A DNA stretch of 64,000 nucleotides from Camelus dromedarius (GCF_036321535.1 NC_087436.1:96102001-96166000); one strand, 5' to 3'; counted from the stretch's first letter, positions 37,401 through 50,885 are shown. Program-made: numbers and translations. Notes: a model not told the origin generated them from the letters alone.

Positions 37401-39539
37401 AAAAGAACTTGATCTCTTTTTATTTGCAAGTAACTCTAGCTGAGAAATTATAGGGAAAATGCTCTTGGAATAGTAACATGATACTCAAATTGCAAAATTT
37501 ATGAGCTTGCTTATTATGACTATCTTAAAATTGACCAAATCAAAAAACACCAAACAAAACAATCCCTCTAAACTAACTAACCAAGCCTATCAAACCCAAG
37601 ATTTGTATCTTGCATTAAAGAGGCATCTTATTTAATAAAAATGTATTTGGGACGAGGGAGGATGAAAGAAATAGGTCAGTTTTCATGACTTAAATATTCA
37701 CTTCAAACACAGCGTGACTTAAAATTGTGACTAGGCATAAATTACTGGGTGGTTAAATGGTTAAATGATGAAAATCATGAGAATAAATAATCAGAATGAG
37801 AACAAAATATATATTAAACATGGAGTGTCCCCAAGCTGCATGTTTGCCTTGAGATGATTGTTAATGATGCAGGGAGAAAAGGACTTATCTAGTTTAGAGA
37901 TTGTTCAATATTATTAGAAGTGGTTCAGAGAGCTCTGGTGGTCAGAGAAACCAAATTTAGTTATTAAAAAAAGTGGTAAGTGCTACTCATAAAAAGTGGT
38001 CCAATGTGAGATGGCCTTCACTGGGTGACAGAATCACATCTAACATCGATTATTTACCTGGTGCTGGGGATGCGCTGAGCACTTGATACCCTGTCCCTCC
38101 TGTAGGTCGAAATCCTGCCACAGGGAGGCCGAGCCGCCTCTGCCACTTCACAGGTGACAAGGCTGAGGAAAGGAATCGCCGGATACTTTGCACTCACTGC
38201 TCACGTGGCCTGGATGGCCTGGGACCCACCTCATGCTTGGCAGGAAAAGGAATTCCTAGTCCTGTGATCATCATGCAAAGACCAACACCACTGATGTAGA
38301 CAGTTTCAGAGATTCTACAGCCTTGGAAGACCTGGAGGTCACCACGCGGGGCTGCAGGTGTTAACCACAGAGCCAACCCCCGGGTACTGTTTCTACCATG
38401 AGGAGCCAAGAGAAAAGTGATATCTGAGTCTCATGTCACAAATACATACCCTTTTTCCTTCTTCTCCAGGATCTGAAAGATTGAGTTCAAACTGAAAAAT
38501 GTGGTCAGCTAGGTTTCCCAGAGCTTGGTCCCACTGTTTTTTTTTTTTTTTTTTAAGGTTTTTGTCTCAATTTGGGAGTAATGTCCTCAGGGAAACAGGG
38601 CCTCCTGATGGAGACCAAACCTTCACTGGCTACTCAGTTCCACTCTGTGCCCACCTTTCCACAGACCACCACACAGCCTCCTTATTCAAATGGAGCAGGG
38701 CGGTCTGAAGAGCATGAATAACAAGTGTAATTTCTTTGCCGTCAAATCCACACAGACTGTGCCCCCGCAGCCCTGCGTGTGTACCTTGATCACAACGTTT
38801 TCCAATTTAATAACTAGCATTCAGAATCTTAGTTCACTGCATGGTGTCTCTTCCACTATATGTGAAGAGCTTTTATTCCTTCATTCAACAACTCATGTAC
38901 TGAGTTCTCACCTGTGTCACACACGCTCCTGCATCTAGGAGAAAGGTACTTGTTGATTACAGTCACTTTTGTTGAAATAAAATTGCTAATAGTCAACTCC
39001 AAGCACCTGACTTGAATATGCTGGTAAGAATCATCTGTAATCAGCATATTGAATAAATCTGCCTAAAATGTTGTCTCTTAAAGTGGCTGAGGGTGCTTCA
39101 GAAGTCAGTAGTTTAGATATGTCTACTATAATCTGACACATTTGAGAAACTTACGAATTTAGAAAATAAGCAACTTATTTCCATAAATCAACAGAGTGTT
39201 TACCATGAAAAACAAATGCCAGCTTGCTCTGTTTAATTATCACCAGCAGTAAAATAGATTTCAAAACGAGTGAGGAGTAATCTAGAAAAAACATAATAAA
39301 CAGAAAGCAAGAATGTCCACATTTTCATCATGAAGACTCATACAAATAGGAGCCTCCGCTTGGTGAAGAGTGAAGTCCAAGTTCAAGACCAGAGGCTGAG
39401 AGGCTGCATTCCTGCGTCTGCACACAGATAACAGAACTAAGGAAGCCAGAGATCTGTGCTTATGTCCTTGCCCTTGGTGCCTCCTTCCTTCTTCCTAAGG
39501 CCTCCTGCTGAGAGATACTGATGGAGGAGTTAAGGAATG

Positions 39540-39770
39540 CAAGGGAAGTGGAGGGCGGTGGGGAGAGGCAAGATAGGAGCAAGAGATAAGAGTTATGAAC
39601 TGCTATGCATAAAATAAATAAGCTACAAGGATATATTAGACGGCCAGGGAACATAGCCAATATTTTATAATAACTATAGAGTATAAACTTGTGAATCACT
39701 ATGTTGTACACCTGAGACTTATAATACTGTATATCAATTGTAACTCAATTAGAAAGAAAGAAGAAAAGAG
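39540..39770 (+). mobile_element. L1 3'UTR fragment
   Basis: aagctacaaggatatatt...gggaacatagccaatattttataataactata...gaatcactatgttgtacacctga, A-rich tail. Confidence 0.82.
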
Positions 39771-40829
39771 ATAACCTCACCCGTAGGGTCCACAGCAGAG
39801 GAAGACTGAGGGAAATGGTGACTGGCTAACAGTTACTGAATGTGGACCAATGCGCAGGTGCTAAGAACCTCAAATTCTTTTCATTCTTTGGTGTGCGTGG
39901 CGGGGTCTGGTTTGACAGTTATAACAATATGCTACCATCTGCTCTGGAAATCTGGGGAAAATATCTAATTTCATATTTATATGATAGTTCAATTTTCCCC
40001 AGTAAAAACTGAAATGTAACTACTTGGCCCAAGAAACCCACATGTAATATAGAAAAAATCTTACATCAAAATCAAGATTTAGGATGGTAAATATCCACGT
40101 GGTGCTCTTTGCTAAGATCATGGAGAAGGTGAGGTCCACTTCTAACCACAGCCAGCGCCTTACATTCAGAGTGCATCTGAGCTATCCTAAGCTGTCCAGA
40201 ATGTTTGAGAAGTGTCACTCTTGTCAGCATCACTTTTCTGATTAGGGGTGACACCAGGCTGCAGATGGAAGATATTATACAGATCAGGGGGCTCAGCCAG
40301 TTGCTGGATAACCTGAGGAATAAGGCTAAAATCTGGAGTCTTTCCCCAACCTAAAGATTCTGACTTTTCCTCTGACATCCTTTGGTGGAGCCTGGATATT
40401 GGGTTAGAGACTAAAGGGGCCAGGATTGGTTTAAGAAACAAAATAAAAACACTTGAAATTCTTGGTGTTCTGTTAACCTTTCTGAAGCAGTCATTCAGAC
40501 AAAAAGAATCTTTAAGAGCTTGAGAGTTGCTCATGATGGTGAACTCTCTGCAGTAGTCCTAAAATGTAAAATTAGGTACATAGGTCAATGCAGAAGTATG
40601 TTTCTGTGCCAGGGAAAGAGACTTGTCTGCATGGATACCTCACCTTACCCTTCTCTTGTCTGATTCTTCTTCCTTCATGCTTCTGTTTTGGAGGTGCCAG
40701 TGGGAAGCTGGGATGGCTACTTGAACCAAAGGTTTAGATTTAGATTCCTTCTGTGTCAGACTAAATGTAAACAATATCTTTCAGCCTCTTGCAAATTGGC
40801 TCTACCCTGGGCTTTTGTGTTTTGAGGAC

Positions 40830-41320
40830 CTGGTGTGGCAGAGATCATAAGCAGACCATCTCAAAACTCAATGTCCATTCTCCGTACCTTCTCAGTACTT
40901 GAATCCTGAATTTAGTTGGGAGAGTCATGCTTGTAGCTAGGAAGGTAAGTTTTCCTGGCCTTTCTGGCAGCTAGATGTGACCAAGTAACCAGATTTGGTT
41001 GACCAATGAGGTATATGCAGAACGATTGAATTATACCTCTGGAAGGTCCTTAATAGAGAAGGAGTGAGAACTTCTGACCCTTTATTCTTTTTCCTACATG
41101 GAAAGCAACTGTAATGACTGGAACCCCAGCAGGTATTGTGGACCATACAGTAATCTTGAGAAGGAAGCCAAATGATAGAAAGAGCGTAAGTTGCTGATAT
41201 TGTGGAATCCTCTACCAGCCTGGACTGCTTCCTCCAGACTTCTTTTATGTAAGAGATAAATAAATCTCTATTTTTATAACTCATTTAGCACATGCAGCTG
41301 GACCTAATCCCAACAGATAC
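40830..41320. mobile_element. Old MaLR LTR (MLT1H/J-like)
   Basis: gcagctagatgtgaccaag...ccagcctggactgcttcctccagacttcttttatgtaagagataaataaatctc. Confidence 0.6.
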
Positions 41321-42092
41321 ACTTGGAAATTGCTGAAGGAACGACTCTGAAATAGTAAGCATTTGGTGTACTAAATACAATAGCAAGCAAACCAAAAATG
41401 CAATTAACAATGCCAAAAGTTTATCCTTTAAGGGCTCAAAGTGATCTTGATGTAGTGATGGCTTGTCACCAAGCAAACCCAGAAAAATGTATGTTTGTTA
41501 AGCATTTGTAAGGGTGTTGACCTTAAAGATGTTGAAAGGCTCAGAAATCATGTTTTATGTTTAATAATTACCAAAATGGAGTGATGACATTATGACAATT
41601 TCCAGAAGTACATACTATTATTCTTCTCACTTAACTGATGGGCAAATAGAAGGGTACTTGTCCAAGGTCACATGGCAAAGCTGGAAATCCAACCAAGGTC
41701 AGTCAGATTTCAGAGCCTGTGTTATGGAACACCATACATAATAAAGCAACGTCCACATTCATATTTTTCTAGGTAATCTTGACCATCTTTAAATCTCCAT
41801 TAAGCCATGTCAGAATAGCTGTCCTTGTTTTTATCAATTAGAAAGCTGAAACTCAGAGAAAGCTGTTCATTCTTAAGGTAAGATCTGTACATGTAGTCAT
41901 GGCATCAAGAGTTAGAACTCCAAAGACAGAGAGCCAAAGCATTCTTAGCAAACCAACCTAGTCTCTTCCTCAACTATAATTTAATAGTCTAGCTCTTTAC
42001 ATTCAAAGAAACATCAAGGCTCACTAATGCTCAGTCTTGGAAAATTAGAACCACATTCGAGTTAAGACACACAGACACATGTGTTCTTACAT

Positions 42093-42098
42093 TTTAAT
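42093..42098 (-). terminator. Candidate PGCKA1 polyadenylation signal (ATTAAA)
   Basis: ATTAAA on minus strand ~810 nt after the stop, followed by GU-rich tgtgtctgtgtgtctt. Confidence 0.5.
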
Positions 42099-42910
42099 CA
42101 GAATCAGACATTACATGGCACAAAACACTCCATCTATCTCTTTGCTCATCCAAATCTCATGAACTTAAAACCCAAATAGGACATAAGCAGTTTAAAGAAC
42201 GATTTTGACTGGACCCCCAAATCCCAAAGGAGATGAAAAAGTAATAATGTAAAAAAGTTAAGGTCAAGGTGTCTTGCTATCACAGCTAATGACTAACCAT
42301 TTGTTTATGGGTGGCTCCTGCTCCACTCTGACAGCTGCTAAGCTTAACTCTCTGTCCAACAACAAGTGGTTAGTTATTAGTTCCCTGGATGATTGTCCCT
42401 GTAGGTAAGCCATGCTCTGGGGAGGATACATTAGGCACTTTGTGGGAGTTACCTTTCCCAGGCTGGGTATAACGTTTGGCTCTCAAAAGCAAGATAAAGA
42501 ATTTACAGTCAAACAGAATGTTCTGCGAATCTGTGACCGTGGGATTAAGGGCTGGGACTTCAGCGCATCCTCAAGAACACCTGCACTGGATGTTCTGGGG
42601 GAGCTTTGCGGGCTGGGGAGCAGGCTGTTTAATCTCTACGCGTGCTGTGCAGCCCAGCACGGTGCCCCTCTCTGACTTTCATTCTGGTGTCCTGAGTGAT
42701 AGCTCATCCAGACAGTGGTCCGGTCCACGTTTAGCACGCGGCCTGACGCAGGCACTCGCAGCCATCAGAACAGATGCTGGGTGTCAACCCCTGTTCAGGC
42801 TGCACCCGTGCGTGCGTGCGGCAGACTATCCGCTCTGCGTCTAAGGAGCAGACGCGTCCCCACAGGCCCCAGGGCCACGCCAGTTTATATGCCTGAGCAA
42901 ATCCCCTCCC

Positions 42911-43838
42911 CTAATCGGCCTCGTCCACATCTTCTCCTGCAGTCGCTGCTTCTAGCGCAGCAAGGGCTTCGGCCACCTCTGCGTCCTCCTCCGCCTCCAG
43001 CCCCCCGCTCCTGTCTCCACTGGAGCCCGGGCTCTCCTCCAACCCGTTTCTCGAATCACCCACAGGCACGTCCTGAGCTGGATCCTCCTCTTTAAAGTAG
43101 ACATTTAGAACTTCAGTTGCCACGGCCTCGTTTAATGAATCCCAGCTTCTCTTCACGGAGAAGGGTATATTCATCCCGTGGTCCCCCGCCCTGGGCTGAA
43201 CGCCCTCCCGGGGCTCCTCCTCAGCGCGGTTCTTGAAAAGACAATCCTGTTCTCCGTGATCAGCGTTGTCTTCAGCCGAGCCCCGGAGCCGAGGGTAGTC
43301 CGGGGCGGGTATCTGGAGGACGTGGTCCTGTGCTTCCCGGGCAGGATGTTCTGCCTTGGGAGGCGCTCTGGAGTCCCCAGGTGGGATGACTCGGGTCTCT
43401 TCTGAGGCCGGCAGCACACGGTCCGGTTCGCTGGCGCTGCCCCCTTCAAGGTAGGGCTGAGTCGGGCGAACCCCGTTGGCGGTACTGGCCCAGGAGCCCC
43501 CGTCACCCTGGGGGTGGGCTGGGTCCCCAGTGAGCTGCAGGGCGGCAGTGGGGCCGATGCCATTGACGGCACCGCCAGCCTTCTCGGCACAGGGACTCCC
43601 TCCGGGGTCCCCCTGAAGGAGCGGTCCTCCGTGCGGCCAGCAGGGCTCCAGCGGACCAGCCGTCCTGCTTCTGCTCGCGGTCTTCTTCGCGTCCTCGCTC
43701 GGAAGGTCATTTCTATGCACCAGGACTTCGCTGCTCTGCTTGCCTTTTAATTTGACAGTGTCGTCTTCATCTACCTTGCAGCTGCTTACTTCGTTGACGT
43801 AACCAGGGGAGGGCACTTGAACTGGATCAAAGAGATAG
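42911..43838 (-). CDS. PGCKA1: PDCD10 and GCKIII kinases-associated protein 1 (C4orf19 orthologue), large last coding exon
   Basis: Minus-strand acceptor tctcacccccag|C TAT CTC TTT GAT; (S)YLFDPVQVPSPGYVNEV...QIPAPDY...PFSVKRSWDSLNE...AEALAALEAATAGEDVDEAD, TAG; matches C4orf19 as remembered. Confidence 0.95.
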
Positions 43839-44887
43839 CTGGGGGTGAGAATGATGATCAGTCAGGTTAATTGTTAAGTAATTTTATTTATTAATACCTT
43901 TATAAATAACTGCCTTCATTAATACTTCCTACTGCAGGCTCTGCTGCTTTCCATTCTCCCGTTAACTTACTTTCCATGATTAGTTACTCTTTCAAGCATA
44001 TTTGTGTGTCTAAATCAGATACAGTTGGTATAAAAATGTTCTACCACTGGACACAGATCTTAGGAAGAGACTCACAAGGGGGCTGGAAGAAGGTAAAGAA
44101 CAAAGTGGTTCATGAAATGTAAAAAACAAAAAAGGCAATAAATAAAACAAACGCCTAATGACAGGAAAATAAGTGGCTAAGAACTGATGGTACAACCCCT
44201 CAGAGGAATATTTATAGTCATTAAAATAATAAATATGCAGCCTGGACTTGCATGAAAGATACTTATAAGACTTTTTTTTTTTTAAATAAAGCTTAACATC
44301 AGATTATGGTTATAGTGGAATAAAATTTATGTATGTATTACATGTGTGTATCTAGATCTATCTACACATAAACATAGACACAGATATGGAATAGAACTAA
44401 CATAATACAGGTAGTTTTATTTGTTAAGGAAGCAAAATCATCAGTTAATTTTTCCTCTTTATTTTATGTAGAATTATATTTATGTTACCCAAATTTTTAT
44501 GAAATAGAATCTGGACAAAATTAAAAGCATATATGTGACTAGGGTGATTTATTTTCAGTGATGTCATTTCAGGCATCTTCTAAATCCCAAGCTTTTCTTT
44601 GCATTGAAGTTCTCTGCGGAAATGCAAATTCAATCCAAACAAAAATCAGCCACAGAGAAAGGCAGTGTTCCCAACATACTCTGGACATTGTGAAAAAAAA
44701 AAGTTAAAAAAAATCTAGATCTCATGTTCTTTTAAATGATATTAAAGCAGTTCCAAACTCAATGTCCTGGCCATGCTGGTCATGCCCCAAGCTGGATAAA
44801 TGTACTGAATCCATGTAGGGTCTTTAAAAGTGCCTCCATGGTAATCACGAATTCCTCCATTTGGAATAGGTATTTTTTCAACTTTAC

Positions 44888-44919
44888 CTTTGTAACATTT
44901 TACAGCACCTGCACCCCAT
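44888..44919 (-). CDS. PGCKA1: PGCKA1 first coding exon segment MGCRCCKMLQ(S); exon probably 44941-44888
   Basis: ATG GGG TGC AGG TGC TGT AAA ATG TTA CAA AG|gtaaag; the phase-2 junction joins in frame to 43838, giving 319 aa. Confidence 0.93.
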
Positions 44920-45127
44920 CTGGATTATTTTTTGTTACCATCTGGAAAAGAAAGCATAAAAAGGGGAGAACAGAGTGAATGACATTTTAGTAGGAATTAA
45001 GTTTGCTTTTTCTTTCCTAGAGACTCAAAGTTGGTAGAGTTATAATTTTTGGCAAAAGGATAACATGTGTGTTGAGGAGGGCACTGGTGACCCGGAACAC
45101 CTTTACGTATCTAAAATCACTGATTTA

Positions 45128-45850
45128 ACAAAATAAGAAATGAAAGAGGAGAAATTACAGCCAATATCCCAGAAATACCAAAAAACCATAAGAGAACACT
45201 ATGAAAAATTACATGGCAACAAATTGGACAACCTAGAAGAAACGGATAAGTTTCTAGAAACATACAGTTCACCAAAACTGAATCAAGAAGAAATAGATAA
45301 TTTGAATGGACTGATCACTAGAAATGAAATAGACTAAAAAAAACCTCCCTGCAAACAAAAGTCCAGGACTGGGTGGCTTCACCAGGGCATTCTACCAAAC
45401 ATACAAGAAGAACTTACACCAATCCTTCTCAAACTCTCTCAGAAGACTGAAGAGGAGGGAACACTCCCAAACTCATTCTATGAAGCCAGCATCACCATGA
45501 TACCAAAACCAAAGATACTACCAAAAAAGAAAATTACAGGCCAGTATCTTTAGTGAACACAGATACAAAAATTCTCAACAAAATATTAGCAAACAGAAAA
45601 CAACAATACATAAAAAAGATCATACACTACAATCAAGTTGGATTATTCCAGGGACACAAGGATGGTTCAACATACGCAGATCAATCAATGTGATACACCA
45701 CATCAACAAAAGAAAGGACAAAAACCACATGATGATCTCAATAGATGCAGAAAAAGCATTTGATAAAATTTGACATCATACACGATAAAAACTTTTACCA
45801 AAGTGGGTATAGAGGGGACATATCTCAGCAAAAAGAATAAAACATGAAAA
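45128..45850 (+). mobile_element. Internal L1 ORF2 fragment (degenerate)
   Basis: [40 protein letters not shown], continuing to the RT-proximal atctcaatagatgcagaaaaagcatttgataaaatt; stops and frameshifts. Confidence 0.92.
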
Positions 45851-48800
45851 AACCCAAATCACCAATTCAGAGTTTTCAAACATTAATTGACACTTGTTTC
45901 TGTGCCAGACCTTTTTCTCAACCCTGGGAGTTCTATATGTCATCTCCATTTGCAAATGAGGAAATGCAGGTTGAAGAACGCTGGTGGAAGAACAGTGGAA
46001 TTGAAAAGGATCTGAGCATTTTCTCTTCCATTGCCCTCTACGCGGGACATGGACGTAACCAGTCCCCATGTGGCAGCAGGTGGTGTAAGAGAGTGGAGGG
46101 ATTAGCTACTCCAGTATTAAAGGTCAAGGTGCGGCAGCTGACCTATGAGTTCCCTGTTCCAGACCCGAGGAGGTCACAGCCGGACTCATCAGCTCAAGCT
46201 TCAACTGGACTAAACGGCTCCTGTTTTGCCTTTCCCATCACGGGCCAATCCCATTTATGACCGATGGTCTCCATGTCTCCACTCTCTCGCAGCTCAAGGA
46301 CACGCCCCTTCGGGCTCCCTGGCGGGACACAGATTCATGTCTGTGCTTCTTTCATTTCCAGCTTGCCCACTGTCCCCTGACCTTTCCCAAGCTGCATTTT
46401 CCCTCATGCTTGCTCTCTGAATAAAACCTTCTCTTCATGTCAAACCGACCATGCTGTTCTGGTCTGTTCTCTGAAAATCCTAAAAATTAGTGTGGAAGAA
46501 TCTTTACGTCATCTTCCATTTCTAAGAGCTACAACCTTCAAGAAGACAAACCAGTGACAGAATCTAAAGCACCAGTCCCTCTGTCTCCGGAAGATGCGTG
46601 TGCTCAGCAGAGAGCGGATCATCATTGCTGGCTGTGTCACTGCTGGACTCTGTTCTCTCTCTTTCCTTTTTTCAGTCATGGATGAATTTCCCAGGATAAT
46701 ACTTCATAAGCCTTTATCCACAGAGAAAATGACTGGTGCCTTTTAAGAAGTATAGACTAGTTGGGTGGTTAGAGGAAACTCGATTTACATTAATAAATAA
46801 AACCCACAAATAACCTCCTATGGAGGGCTGCAAAATAGCCTCCCAAAAGACATCCAATATCCAGATCTTAATCTCTGGAACTTGTGTCTGCTACTTCATA
46901 TGACCAAAAAAGGTCTTTGCAGATGTGACTACAGATTTGAGATGGGGAGATCACCTGGATTATCTGGTTCAGGTCCCAGCTCTGCTGTGAAACTTTCGGC
47001 CTCAGCTATTTCTTCTGTAAATGGGGATAATGATATATCTACCACACAGCCTTGCTGGGGATTATACAAGTTAAAATTCATAATAAGCATACATTTGTTT
47101 CTCAGCTCTGTCTGGATACAGCATGTTGAAAAAAAAAAAAAAGATGGCAGCTTTGCACCTAAGAAAGAGGTCATCTAGTTACCATGACACACACATACAA
47201 ACAACAGCTTTAACAACAGCAGGTAACACTTGTTTCTGGAATAAAGGCCAAATGGAATATTTCTATCAACGGTGGCACCAAGTGACAGACACAAACCCCA
47301 GGTGCAACAAGAGTTCCACAGAGAGAGACATCATTGGGGGCTTAGCCAGTAACATGTGTGCCCAACCTTTTGCATCTTCAAAGCACTCTCAGTGACATTA
47401 CCCTGCCTCCCAAGCCCCGGATTTTGTTCCCAGCCTCTGCTCCCCACGGGCCCATTGTCGGCAAATAACTCATGTATCAGCTGGACAAACAGGTTCAAGA
47501 GCACCACCTACAACCTCCTCCCCTCCATCGACCCCTCTCCTCTCCCACCAGCCCTCCCCTGCCCCTTCTCCCCTCCTCCTCCCCCACCTGCTCTAAAATC
47601 CGGCCCCTTTCCACGCTTACAGTACTTTTATTTATCTTGGACTCCGTTTAAAAACAAAGACAACAATAATAGTCAGGAGGATAGGTGGCAAGAAAAAGAC
47701 AAAGAAAAGGAAAAAAAAGGGCAGCTTTGGCTTGTCTGAGAGAAGGCAGACTGTAGGTCATGATAACGCTGAAGCAATCGTGAGATAACGAATCACTGAA
47801 AAATATCAGGTAAATCAACTTTAGGATGGTAGGTTCCAGAGTGGTAGGTGGGGAAGGTTTTCTTCTGAAAGGAAGAAAGAAAGAAAGAGGCTCATCCTGA
47901 GCAACACCCTGAGCTGTTCCCAGAGTCTCTGAGGCTGAGCAAGGTCAACCTGACCCTGGGGCACCTGCTCCAGGCCGTAGCTGGAGAGCCCGTCCCCACC
48001 GTCTGCGGTCAGGGCCACCGAGCAGTGTGCACGAAACCGAGGTGACTGCTGACATCTAACAGCCCAGCTAGAGAGCCTCCACTTCTCTGTTTCTTAGAGA
48101 ACTGATGTGTCGTCTGTGGCTTTGGCACCCTCACCCCCCACTTTCCCCGGGAAAACCACAGGATTTATATTTTTCTTCAAAGCCATGTAATTATAAAGGG
48201 TGTTTTGATGGCTCTGCCCCTTCAAATCAAGTTTCCGGGTCCCCTCACCCCACCCCTACTGCCTCCCTTTAGGGGGCACCGCGGGGGGTTCCTACAGACC
48301 AGGTCCCCTACCTGAGGGCCATGCTCCGCGCTCTCCCCAGCCTCTTCCTGCTCAGAGCTTCTGCCCGCTCTCACACCGCCCTGTTTTCCTTCCCCAGCGA
48401 CATTCCTTCTCTCAGTGAGACAGGCTCTAACGTCCAAGGTTGAGTGACCGCTGACGAAAAGGGTGGGGACTAATGTATTTACACCCAACTCCTGCCTGCC
48501 CAGGTCTACAATTATTCTTCCTTATATGATGATTCCTAATATCAACTTCGATTCAGTTCTCTCCTCACGTGTCACTCCCACACCCACTTCTTACTTTGAG
48601 TGAGCAATTCTTCCCTTTCCCAGGTGCAAAAAGGAAATATTCCACATTCAGAGCAATACATGGAAATGGGGAAAAAATACAGGCTCTTCTGAAGCAAAAC
48701 CAAATTCAAAACGAGCAGTCTGTCTTCTTTCTTTCCCCCTCATTTTGACAACAACTGGCTTAAAGGTGAGAACTCAGCGGTCCAGTGCCTTCTGTTACTG

Positions 48801-49259
48801 AGCAGAATCAGAACTTGCTTCCTCTTTGGATAAAAGAGCAACAGCGAAGCAAAGGGCAAATCTTCTGCAACCATCATGTGGTTTACACAGGAGAAAAGCA
48901 AACACCATTAGGGTGGTGAGTCCATCCACCGCTGGTGCCTGCCCACTTCTGGAGTCACGCGCTGGGGGCTGACTCTTGTTCTGTGTTTTGTGCTGAAATT
49001 AAACATTCCTGTGTTTGAAGGTGGGCATGCGGACACCCCATCAGTTACTAGTCAAGTCTCCTTGCTGGAAAATCCTGTTTCACCAGGGGGTTAGTGATGG
49101 AGGTAGGGAGAAATGGGGAGATTGGGGCAGAGTGGGGTGGGAGCCAGGAGTTTTTCAACCAGGCAGAGAAACTGACTGAGTACCTATTAGGAAATCAAGG
49201 AATACAGAAAAAGGTTCCATCTAGCCCCAAAAGGCTGCCTTTGAATAGTGCTGATCTTA

Positions 49260-50885
49260 AGGAATGACAGGGGCAGGTCACATGGACACAGGAGCCAGCT
49301 TGTAGGGGTTCTCCTGGCCAAATCAGGAACTGGAACATTGGAATAAACATTAATGTAAAGGATTATAATCCACTGAATAAAACAAGGATCTATGGATCCA
49401 GAGGATATACATTTTTCAAAGGGAGAGCTCTGACTTACAAATAGAAAGCCAGGAATAATGGAACTAGAGAAATCACCATTTGACAACCATCCCAGTAATA
49501 ACTGATTCAAGCAAGAATCATCTATGGATGCTGAGACTAGTTTGTGAAAGTCTGAGGAGGATGGGGCATTCAGTCTCAAAGTATCCTCCCACCACACACT
49601 TGTGGGTAAAGGAGTATCTTTATAGCGGAGAAACTGGGCTCACAGCACCTTAATCAAATCATCAAAGATAGCATCACGAGTAATGAGACTAATCAGCTAC
49701 CTCTGACTCTGATGTGACGCACTGAGAACTCAGCGTCACTTCTGCAGCTTTTCTGCCGAAGGAGCATAATCTGGATTGAAGTAGGAGGCAACATCAGTCA
49801 AACCCAAACTGAGGGATGTTCTGCAAAACAACAGGTCTCTACTCTTTTAAAAAATGAAATGTTATTACCATATGACCCAGCAATTCTTCTCCTGGGTATA
49901 TATCCAAAAAAAAAAGCAAAGCATTAATTCAAAAAGATACATGCACCCCAATGTTCGTAACAGCATTATTTATAATAGCCAAGATATGGAAACAACCTAC
50001 ATGTCCACCAGCAGATGACTAGATAAAGGAGATGTGGTATTTATATACAATGGAATATTACTCAGTCATAAGAAAGAATAACATTTGCCATTTGCAGCAA
50101 CATGGATGGACTCAGAGGCTACTATGCTAAGTGAAATAAGTCAGATAGAGAAAGATAAATATCGTGTGATATCACTTACATGTGGAATAAAAAAACGAAC
50201 AAACTAGTCAATATAACATAAGGGATGCAGACTCACAGATACAGAGAACAAACCAGTGGTTATGGGAGGGGTGGGGCACTATAGGGGTGGACTAGTGGGA
50301 GGTCCAAATACTGGGTGTGAGATGGGCTCAAGGATCTATTGTACAACGTGGGGAACACAGCCAATATTTCATAATAACTGTAAATGGAAAGTAACCTTTA
50401 AAAAACCTAGAAAAAGTAAATAAAAAAAAACCTTATAGAAACAAAAAATTTAAAGTTAAAAAATACAATGTTATAAAAAACAAAGACAGACTGAGGAACT
50501 ATTCCAGACTAAACAGACACGACAGTTGAATGCTAGGCAGGATCTTTTTGGAAGAGGTCGTTATTGAAATGACGGTGAAGCTGAATAAGGTCTGTAGATT
50601 AGGCAGTAGTATTCGGTCAACGTTAGTGTCCTGATTTTGATCATTGTACTGGGGTTACATGTTCTTAGGAAATTCACAGTGAAGTATTTAGGAACAGAGG
50701 GGCATGGTATCTGTAACATATTAAAATGATTCAGGATAAAATTGTGTGTGAGTGTGTGAAGAGACAGAAAGAAGAATAGAGCAACATGGTAAATGTTAAC
50801 ATTTGGGGACTGAGTATATGAGGGTTCTTTGTACTTTTCTTGTTCAGTAAGTCTGACATGATGTCAAAATCAAAAGCTAAAAGGG
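49260..50885 (+). mobile_element. Ancient L1 3' region with a younger L1 (~49850-50460) nested inside
   Basis: aaacccaaactgagggatgttctgcaaaa resumes as agacagactgaggaactattccagactaaa after an insert containing accatatgacccagcaattc...aaagatacatgcaccccaatgttc. Confidence 0.8.

Noticed and set aside
43171..43710. 179-aa alternative-frame ORF and several + strand ORFs over PGCKA1
   Set aside because: Expected by-product of a GC-rich, stop-poor exon; no recognisable protein
45140..45337. Independent 65-aa gene
   Set aside because: Internal L1 ORF2 fragment
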